Shown here one piece after another: positions 8,797 through 18,000 of a stretch of 64,000 bases of DNA. Position 1 is the stretch's first letter, and the number at the start of each line of letters is the position of its first letter. The stretch comes from a virus. Its lineage: Duplodnaviria > Caudoviricetes. The notes beneath the pieces were generated by a model. It was not told where the DNA came from. It saw nothing but the letters and a program-made list of their open reading frames with translations, and did no database searches. Made by a program: the position numbers and the translations under genes. The DNA lies in IMG/VR virus record IMGVR_UViG_3300034104_005543, positions 32,001 to 96,000 of that record, one strand, 5' to 3'.

Positions 8797-10019
8797 AAAC
8801 AGTAGAACTACAGTATAAAACTTTTGATGAGTTAATGGCGGATGTAAATGTTGATTTTCAACAATACAACCTTGAAAATATGATTGACCCTCAACAACTT
8901 ATTAGAGTTGCAGGTAGGGTTAATTATGATTTAGGAATTCAAATAACAAGAGAAAAAGAAGCAGTTATTGATATTTGTAATTACAAGGGTAGATTACCTT
9001 CTGATTTTCAAATATTAAACTACGCATACTTATGTGGTAAATATACTGTAGAAGAAATGGTACCTTCTGGTACTCATATTGAAGATGTTGTTCTTACTCC
9101 GCCTGAATGTAAACAACCTAAAATTTATTATTATTATATAGACTATGGTCCTGATTCAGCTTCTTTATGTGCTACAGATTGTTTTGGTACAAGTCTAGGA
9201 AGAGATTATGGATTTGGTTTAATTAGTTATGTGCCATTAACTCCAAATGATACTGTTTATATTCAATATGACACTAATAGAGGTATGTGTATAGAATTAG
9301 GATGTTGTGGTTTTCAATCAATTCCTAGTGCTGCACCACCTCAATTTTTTTCAGGAAATTGGCACACTTATCCAGTTTTACAAAAACATTCGGATTGTGC
9401 TGCATGTAAACAAAGACATAATCAATACAATAATACAGCACCTAATTGTGGAGACCCTATACAAAATGTAACTCCTGTAGAAAAAGAACCTAATGATTCT
9501 CCTTTTTGTATGCCACAAGATGCGTGTATGAATAAATGTGGTGATTATTATCAGTTAATTCAAAAGGTAAAATACACTACTAGAACTTACACCGAGTTTA
9601 TGCCTATATATCTTAAACCGGGTAGACAAATAGATTGCGATTGTCCTAATACTAGAATTAGGTCAGGAGCTCATGCTGAAATTAAAGATGGTTTTATAAA
9701 CGCTGGTTTTGAAAACGGTACTATTTACATTAACTATCAAGCGCTTATGCAAGATGATAATGGTAACTTACTAGTTTTAGACCATCCTATGATTACAGAA
9801 TACTACGAATATGCTCTTAAAGAAAGAATTCTTGAGAACCTTTTAATGAATGGTGAAACAGGATTAGAAGGAAAGATTCAACTTATTGTAGCAAAACTTA
9901 GAATATCAAGAATTAATGCGTTAAGTATTGTAAGGACTCCTAATTTCTCTGAAATGAAAAGAGTTTGGAAACAAGCGCGTGATATTATGTATAGAAGATT
10001 TTACGATATAATTAACTAA
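8793..10019 (+). CDS. tail tubular/ring protein with Cys-rich insertion
   Basis: 408 aa; GRLPSDF N-terminal and GTIYINY...DDNGNLLVLDHP...YYEYALK C-terminal parts resemble crAss-like tail tubular proteins. Confidence 0.55.
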   Translation: MKTVELQYKTFDELMADVNVDFQQYNLENMIDPQQLIRVAGRVNYDLGIQITREKEAVIDICNYKGRLPSDFQILNYAYLCGKYTVEEMVPSGTHIEDVVLTPPECKQPKIYYYYIDYGPDSASLCATDCFGTSLGRDYGFGLISYVPLTPNDTVYIQYDTNRGMCIELGCCGFQSIPSAAPPQFFSGNWHTYPVLQKHSDCAACKQRHNQYNNTAPNCGDPIQNVTPVEKEPNDSPFCMPQDACMNKCGDYYQLIQKVKYTTRTYTEFMPIYLKPGRQIDCDCPNTRIRSGAHAEIKDGFINAGFENGTIYINYQALMQDDNGNLLVLDHPMITEYYEYALKERILENLLMNGETGLEGKIQLIVAKLRISRINALSIVRTPNFSEMKRVWKQARDIMYRRFYDIIN

Positions 10020-13000
10020 TGGCAGAGAACTTTCAAAATTTAAAACAAGGTGAGAGCAATACTTTTGTAAAAGGTATGATGAAAGACCTTAATGATTCTT
10101 TCTTACCAGAAGGTGCTTGGTCACATGCTAGAAATGCTGCTGTAAATACATTACAGGGTGATATGGCTACTATATCTAATGAATCTTCTACTTTATTTTG
10201 TACAAGTGCTCCTTTTCCTGTAATAGGTTATTTATTTTTTAATGACGACGAGTGGATTATCTTTTCTACTGATGATTCTAATAACCATGAAATAGGACTA
10301 TATACGGAATCTACTTGCACTTATACTAAAATAGTAAACGATCCTTGTTTAAATTTTTCTTCTTCTAATCCTATTAGGTCAGGTGGTGTTAAAGATTCAT
10401 TTGATTGTCATAGATTTTTTTATTGGGACGATGGTAGAAATCCTACTAGATATCTATCTCCTACTAGTATTCCATACAAACAAATATGTACTCCTAGTCC
10501 TACAGGTTGTAGTATATGCACTAACATTCTACCCTTACAATTAGATTGTGATCAAATAAGACTTACCCCAAAAATCAAAATACCTAAAGTAGATATTAGA
10601 AAAGCTACATATGGAGGTGAGTTAATAAACGGTTCTTATCAAGCATGCGTAGCATACACTATTAATCAACAAAGATTTGGTGATTATTATGCTATTACTA
10701 ATCCTCAACCTATATTTAATCATGTAGGAATAGGTGGTGCTATAGAAGTAAGTGTAACTAATCTTGATACTGAGTACTTCAGTGAGTTTGAATTAGTCAT
10801 TGTTTACACTATTGCAGGAAATACAATAGCTAAAAGTTTTGGTTTTTATGCTACTAGCAACGGTGCTGCTCCTAGTCAAGAAGCTACAATAGGAATAAGT
10901 ATTATACCTGATTCTTTGCTTACGGTACCACTTTCTAATCTTCCTGTTCGCAGACCTGTTTATGAAAAATCAGATGCTACTTATACGGTAGGTGATTATA
11001 TGCTTAGAGTAGGTCCTAGAACTAGATATAGTTTTAACTATCAACCTACAGCTAATAATATTAGATCTAAATATGTAATATGGGAAGTAGAATCTAATTT
11101 TTACAAAAACGGGGGAGCTGTAACTGGTTACATGTCAGATGAAGTCTATCCATTTTTTATTAGATTTTTATATGATACAGGAGAAAGAAGTGAGTCATAT
11201 CATATTCCAGGTAGAGCTCCTGTTCAAACAGATTTAGGTATTATTCCTCCAGGTACAGGTAATAACTTTGATTTTGCTTTTAATTGGCAAGGTGAAGATA
11301 CATCTATTGTTACTACTAACACTTCTTATCAACATATAGATACCGCTTCTAAATATGAAGGTCAAATAATTGAAGAAGGTGAAATGTCGTATTGGCAATC
11401 TTCTGAACGATATCCAAACGACTCTGTCAGATACGGTAGTTTATGTAATGATTATATCAGACATCATAAATTTCCATCTAGACGAACTGGAAACTCGTGG
11501 CATCATAGTAATGACGGAAGACAAATTAGAATAATGGGTGTTAGGTTTTATAATATTGCAAAACCTCAAATGCCCAACCCTACTAATCCTTCTGTTCTAA
11601 TAGATGTACCAGGTATTGTAGGTTATGAAATATTAAGAGGATCGCGTGAAGGAAATAAAACTATTGTAGCAAAAGGTATATTTAATAATCTTTTGGTTCA
11701 AGGTAACGATGCTATACAGAACTTTCCTTATAATCAAGTAGGTCCTACAGAAAAATTATTACAACCTGCTAATCAACCTCCTAATCCAGCTTATAAAAAA
11801 GGCAACTGTGATGCAGAAGGGAAAACAGATCGTGCTACATTTACTAGAACAGAACATTATAGTTTCCACTCTCCTGATACACAATTTAAAGAACCGTATC
11901 TAGCTCCATATGAAGCAAAAAAATATGGTATTGTAAGAGGTGAATTAGATAGAGCTATATTTAGTCCTGTTGAAAATCATCCCAGACATAAACTACCATC
12001 AGATTTAAGTTTCTTTTTATCTATGATAGCAGGTTTAGTTTTAGGTGTCAAAAAAGCATCTAGTGAACCTACTATATCTACTATGACTTTACCTAAAACT
12101 AAAGGTCCTGAATTATTAAATGGTGGTACTACTTTTCCTACAGGACCTTTAACAGCTGCTCAAGCAACACAGTTGACTACATATTTCACTGATATATTAA
12201 ACAATGATATCCAAAATACAATTGCTCCTGAAATATTTAGAATATTAGCTAATTTTACAGCTAGTATTAATACTTCTTCTGCTACATATGTACAACCTAC
12301 TATAGTTCCGCCTCCTGTAGCACTTACATCAAGCGGTACTTTAAGAAATTTTATAAATAGAACATTAGGGCTAGCTACTACAACTAATGCTTTTGAACTA
12401 CCTACAACTACTGTAACATTTAATGACAGTCGTTATGAAGGAATGCCTTTTCCACTTAAAGCTTTTTATCAATTGCCAATACTATTAAACTCATGGTCTG
12501 AAGCTACTGATGAATTCTTAGAACTATTACTTAAACTGGTACCATATAGACAATTTGCATATCAACAAAGGTCTCATTGTTTATATAAAGATTATGATAA
12601 TCTTTTTATAAGCAGAAGAAAGGTATTTAATAGTGGTTATATAGGTTCTGGTGTATTTAATGCTGGTAATCTTAGAATAGATAATACTTTAAGAAACAAA
12701 TTTGTATTTGTAGAAACGCAATCGTTATCGTTTGATCATACAGGATTACTTTCACCTTCTGATGATACTAGCAGATTTACGTTAGGTGATGCAAATACAC
12801 CTTACGGAAAAGATCATATTAACGGATTGCCTGTTACTGGAAAAAACTCTGCTACTATTTACGGAGCTTTAGTGAACAGAATAGTAAACCAATATGGTCA
12901 GTTAGATACTATAAATCAAATACCTATTAGTTCACATTATATTGATTCTCCCAACACAAACAATACTTGGGTTTCTAGTACAGGTCCGTTATTTGGTGGT

Positions 13001-15046
13001 GATATTTATATAGGAAGACACACAGAAAAAAATCCTTTCTTCTTTTTTAGAAATTGGTTACAGAATAGACCTGACGGGTATGAAATAGATTATAGAAAAT
13101 ATAACGCTACTGTTTTTAGACCTAGATTCTGGATGAATACTGAAAGTTACGATTTAAACGATTTTTTTAAAGGTTTAATGAGTAGTTTAGGAGGCTTGGC
13201 TTCATCTGTATTTACTTCTAATCCAGCAGGACCTACAATACCAATACAACCAGATCAAGAGGGTGTAGTACCTTCTGATTTTAGTAACCTAGATCAAGAT
13301 GGTCAAAACTGTACATTTAACCCTCTTAATTTTAGAAAATTACGATTAGGAGTAAAGAATGCTTTTATGTATCTCTTCTACTCTGGTGTTCGTGATTTTT
13401 TTGTAGAAAGTGAAATAAACGTTGACTTACGCGATTGGTTAGATGAAGATAGATATAGACACTATCACCCATACAATTACACAGACCTTGATAAATTATT
13501 TAACCCTGATGTAATAACTGAAAGAGAACAATACAGATATGATTTCTCACTAAGTCATAGTAAAATATTTTTTGATAAAATTTCTTGGGGTAATATTCAA
13601 CCTAGAACATATGATCCTATTACATACCTAGATTGTTTTACATACGATCCTAGTATGGTAGTGTATTCACTTCCTGACAACGGTTCTGTATCAGATCCTT
13701 GGAGAGTTTATCTTCCTGATAACTTTAAAATACTTTCAGGTGGTATTGTTAATATTAAAAACATTAACAAAAACGGTTCTATGATTGTTTTTAATGATAG
13801 ATCACCTGTAATGATTCAAGGTTCTGATTCTTTACAAACAGATCTTGGTACTAAAGTTACTTTAGGAGATGGTGGTTTGTTTGAACAAGCTCTACAAAAT
13901 ATATCATCTAGCGATCGTTCTTTTATGGAAGGTGCTTGTATAGATACTTTTGGTGTTATAAACTGTCCTGCTGGAGTATTCTTAATGTCTAATTCTCTGA
14001 AAAAAATATATAGAGTAGCAGGACAGGGTGCTTTAGAAGATATAACAGCAAAAGGATTAAAGTGGTGGTTTAATAACTACATGGGTTATAAAATACTAGA
14101 AGATTTTCCTAACTTTCCTGATACTAATAATCTTGCAGTAGGAATAGGATCTTTTATTAGTTATGACCACGAATCTTCTATTCTGTATTTTACAAAACGT
14201 GATTATGTAATTAATCCTCAATACAAGACTCTATGGGATTATTTCTATACAGGTAGAGGTAAGTTTACATTAGTAAGCAAGCAATTACCTGGTAGAAAAT
14301 TAAGAAACATTTCTTTAAATTCTCCTTACTTTATAGATGTATCATGGACTGTTAGTTATGACCCTAAACAGAATTTCTGGGTTTCTTTCCACGACTGGCA
14401 TCCTAATTACACTTTATCTTCCCGCACTAAATTTACTGCTATCAATGGTAAAGACTTCTGGAAGCATAATGTAAGATTTGATAGTTTCTGTAACTTCTAT
14501 GGTACTGATTATCCTTTTGAAGTAGAAGTACCTATAAATACTAAACAAGTTTCTATTATAGATTCTTTTGAATATTACTTAGACGCGGTTGTCTATACGG
14601 ATTCACCAGATGTTAGTTACACTCAACTAGATGGAAATTTTGATCAAGCGGTTGTATCCAATAAAGAGCAATGTTCGGGTTTATTAAATCTAGTACCTTA
14701 CCCTAGACAAAATCCTTATTTAGCAGCGTCTTATCCTACTACAGCAGGTAGCTCTATAAACATCTTAGTATCTAAAGAAGAAAACAAATACAGGTTTAAT
14801 CAATTCTACGACATAATAAACAATAGAGGAGAGAATACAGGTATTACTTCTCCTATATGGTTAGTAGGAAAAGACGGTTATAAAAAACAACTAAACCCTG
14901 CAGCAATAAATTACAATAAACCAGAGTTTCAGCAAAAAAGATTAAGAAATTACTTTCAGAAAGTATTTTTACGTAAAACTATCTCAGGAGCTGTTAACTT
15001 TGTATTTAAGATATTCAATACCAAATCTACTATTTCACCGCGATGA
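10019..15046 (+). CDS. tail stabilisation / muzzle-like protein
   Basis: 1675 aa; FVKGMMKD start, YWDDGRNPTRY, DEVYPFFIRF...SESYHIPGR, IRHHKFP, WTVSYDP...WVSFHDW motifs characteristic of crAss-like stabilisation proteins. Confidence 0.7.
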   Translation: MAENFQNLKQGESNTFVKGMMKDLNDSFLPEGAWSHARNAAVNTLQGDMATISNESSTLFCTSAPFPVIGYLFFNDDEWIIFSTDDSNNHEIGLYTESTCTYTKIVNDPCLNFSSSNPIRSGGVKDSFDCHRFFYWDDGRNPTRYLSPTSIPYKQICTPSPTGCSICTNILPLQLDCDQIRLTPKIKIPKVDIRKATYGGELINGSYQACVAYTINQQRFGDYYAITNPQPIFNHVGIGGAIEVSVTNLDTEYFSEFELVIVYTIAGNTIAKSFGFYATSNGAAPSQEATIGISIIPDSLLTVPLSNLPVRRPVYEKSDATYTVGDYMLRVGPRTRYSFNYQPTANNIRSKYVIWEVESNFYKNGGAVTGYMSDEVYPFFIRFLYDTGERSESYHIPGRAPVQTDLGIIPPGTGNNFDFAFNWQGEDTSIVTTNTSYQHIDTASKYEGQIIEEGEMSYWQSSERYPNDSVRYGSLCNDYIRHHKFPSRRTGNSWHHSNDGRQIRIMGVRFYNIAKPQMPNPTNPSVLIDVPGIVGYEILRGSREGNKTIVAKGIFNNLLVQGNDAIQNFPYNQVGPTEKLLQPANQPPNPAYKKGNCDAEGKTDRATFTRTEHYSFHSPDTQFKEPYLAPYEAKKYGIVRGELDRAIFSPVENHPRHKLPSDLSFFLSMIAGLVLGVKKASSEPTISTMTLPKTKGPELLNGGTTFPTGPLTAAQATQLTTYFTDILNNDIQNTIAPEIFRILANFTASINTSSATYVQPTIVPPPVALTSSGTLRNFINRTLGLATTTNAFELPTTTVTFNDSRYEGMPFPLKAFYQLPILLNSWSEATDEFLELLLKLVPYRQFAYQQRSHCLYKDYDNLFISRRKVFNSGYIGSGVFNAGNLRIDNTLRNKFVFVETQSLSFDHTGLLSPSDDTSRFTLGDANTPYGKDHINGLPVTGKNSATIYGALVNRIVNQYGQLDTINQIPISSHYIDSPNTNNTWVSSTGPLFGGDIYIGRHTEKNPFFFFRNWLQNRPDGYEIDYRKYNATVFRPRFWMNTESYDLNDFFKGLMSSLGGLASSVFTSNPAGPTIPIQPDQEGVVPSDFSNLDQDGQNCTFNPLNFRKLRLGVKNAFMYLFYSGVRDFFVESEINVDLRDWLDEDRYRHYHPYNYTDLDKLFNPDVITEREQYRYDFSLSHSKIFFDKISWGNIQPRTYDPITYLDCFTYDPSMVVYSLPDNGSVSDPWRVYLPDNFKILSGGIVNIKNINKNGSMIVFNDRSPVMIQGSDSLQTDLGTKVTLGDGGLFEQALQNISSSDRSFMEGACIDTFGVINCPAGVFLMSNSLKKIYRVAGQGALEDITAKGLKWWFNNYMGYKILEDFPNFPDTNNLAVGIGSFISYDHESSILYFTKRDYVINPQYKTLWDYFYTGRGKFTLVSKQLPGRKLRNISLNSPYFIDVSWTVSYDPKQNFWVSFHDWHPNYTLSSRTKFTAINGKDFWKHNVRFDSFCNFYGTDYPFEVEVPINTKQVSIIDSFEYYLDAVVYTDSPDVSYTQLDGNFDQAVVSNKEQCSGLLNLVPYPRQNPYLAASYPTTAGSSINILVSKEENKYRFNQFYDIINNRGENTGITSPIWLVGKDGYKKQLNPAAINYNKPEFQQKRLRNYFQKVFLRKTISGAVNFVFKIFNTKSTISPR

Positions 15047-18000
15047 AAAAATTACTTAAAGCTCAAAAAGGTACGCAATGGATAGGTCCTAGTGGTTATG
15101 TTGGTAAGTCCAATGTAAATAAACCTGCCGTAACAAAGGTAGAAGCTGCAGGTGTTTATGTAAACACTGTACCTCAAACAGAAGGAATGCAATATATTGA
15201 TAGTAGAACTCCTGAGCAAAAAAAAGCTGATGAAATAGCATACTTGCAAAGAAGAATGAATCCTTGGACTGATCCTTCTGCTTCAGGAGCTATGATATCT
15301 ATAGATCCTATAGGAGATGCTGTAAATCCTTTATTAGTTGCTGAATCTATTGCTTCTATACCAGGTCAGATTTTAGAAGGTGATTATTTTGGAGCAGGAA
15401 TGAATGCATTAGAAGCACTTCCTTTTGCAGGTTCAGCATTTAGAGGATTAAAAAGAACTAGATTCCCACACATAACTAATAGTAATGTTGATGCTAAAGA
15501 ACTATTTGATTTTAGCAGTACTACTTCTAATTCTATAAAAATAGATCCTACAAAATTAGAAGATGCTAAAGGATTTTTAAAAAGAAGACAATTTATTAAA
15601 GGTTTACAAAAAGAAGGCTTAATAGGAAAAGATTTTAATTTAGGTGATGTTAATTATGCTGCTAGAAGTACAGACAAAACAAATAAGCTAACACAGTTTG
15701 CTTTGAACAGAGAAGCAACTAGATTTAGAGGTGTTAAAGGAAGTGTACCTAAAGATGGTAAAGGTATTCAAGACAATACAGGGATTTCGTTTGATATGTC
15801 TAGACCTCATTATTATAATGAAATTTCTGAATTTGAAAACATGAAAAATGCAGGAGTTGATTTTAACGATCCTCTATCCATTGCAAAATATCAAGCTTCT
15901 CATGTTCCTATGGAACAATATGGTTATACATCAGGATTACCAGACAATAGATATTTAGGAGGTTTATATTTATCTTCTACTCCTAATTATTATGGAAACT
16001 ACCAAATAAGAATGACATCACCTAGAGATTATTCTACAGGTAATTATCAAAATTGGTTTAATAAATATTTTCATCCAGAAAATAATTTTGATGATTTATC
16101 TAAAGGATTTCGACGTTTTGATTTTAATCCTGTTCTTTCTTACGAAAGACCTATGGCTATGTATAAAGGAAGTACAAACGTTATGGGTAAAAGAGGTTCT
16201 AAAATGTTTGATGTAGACGAAAGCTTTCCTTTTATGGATTATAAAAATTTAACTCCCGAACAAAATTTGGAGTTTAAAAAATATATAGATGATTTATTAC
16301 AAGATTACAAAATAGGTTGGAGAGGTAAATACAAAAATGGTGGCTCATTACCAAAATATCAAGATAAAGGTTCCTGGAAAGGACCTGCTGGTTATGCAGG
16401 TTCTAATAGAAGTGTAGCAAAATCTACCGCAACTGCTGCTGGTGTTACTACTCAAAAATCACTACCCGTTAAAGTAGAGATAGAAGAAGATTTTGATAAT
16501 ACATATCAAACAGAAAAAGAACGACAACGTATAGTTCAACAACAGTATGAGCAATCTCAAAATCAAGGTTGGAGAGAACCTCAAGGTGGGGGTTTAATAT
16601 CTATAGACCCTATTGGTGACGCGGTTAATCCTCTTCTTACTATAGAAGGATTAGCTAACATACCTAGTGATATTTCAGAAGGTAATTATTTAAGTGCTGG
16701 AATGAATGCTCTTGAAGCAGTACCTTTTTTAGGTGCAGGTTTTAAAGGTGCAAAACAAGCGTCATCCTATTTTAATAAAATAGATAACGCATTATTACAA
16801 ATAGAAAAAGAGGGTTTGCAAAAAGGATTAACTCAGTTTGAAATTGCAAAAGAACAAATGGAAAAATTAGGCATAACAAGTAAACAAAGAAAAGGTTATT
16901 TGCCTATAGTATCCGAATTATTGACTGAGTATGTTGTACCTTATAGTTATGATAATGCTACAAAAAGAATTCTTCAAATACCCCAAAAAATAATTTTAGG
17001 TAAAACAAATTCAAAAATTTTAACAGATGACATAAGCAAAGTTATAATGTCAATAGATACTAAAAATCCATTGGTATCAACTAATAGATATGATGCATGG
17101 CGATTGTATAGTGGACTTCCTCAAAAATATAATACGTTTAGAATTGCTGAAACTGCTCCTATTAATCATCCTGCTTATACTCCCGAACAATTAAAAAATC
17201 TTGAAATATTTTCGATTAATAATGAAAATAGATTGTTAAATGACTTACCTAACATTGCTGATTTAGCTCCTTGGTTTTATTATAATCCTAAATATGCATC
17301 AGTGCAAGATTTAAAATTATTGAAAGAAGAAAAGAAAAAAATAGATGCTTTAGATAACAGTCTTCAAACTAAAGAAAGTGATTTTACCACTACTAATATA
17401 ATGGGTGGTTACAATCAGCGATTTTACAACAATGTAATGGAATATAATGATATATGGGATTTGGTTCCAGGTAACGTAAAACTAGAAAAATTTTTTGGTA
17501 AGCCTTTTATGTCACATGGTGTACTAGAATATAGTCCTAAAGAGTTTTCTGAATTAGTTACTAATTTAATTGCTCAAAGAGAAAATAACATTTTACGTAA
17601 CAATTCTGTACAGTATTTCAATCATTCAAATAATGCTGTTAAACTAAATATACTTAATCCTAGTAACTATACTAAACAGAGTTACCCTATGGGTGATTAT
17701 CTTCGCCATAATGTAAACTCTGCTGTTAAGCAAAAACAAAAAAATGGTGGTATGATAAGAAGAAAAGATGGTAGTTATTCTCGTAGAGGACTTTGGGACA
17801 ACATTCGTGATAATGCAGGTTCTGGTAAAAAACCTACCGCTGAAATGTTAAAACAGGAAAGAAAGATTAGAAATGAGAAGAAAGAAATGGGTGGTTTTTT
17901 TCCTACTTCAACAACAGGAGTACCATATCAAGATAAAGAGTATATGTATCAAGGAGGAGGAGAAACTGAAAACTGGTTAACTAAACTTCTTAATACACCT

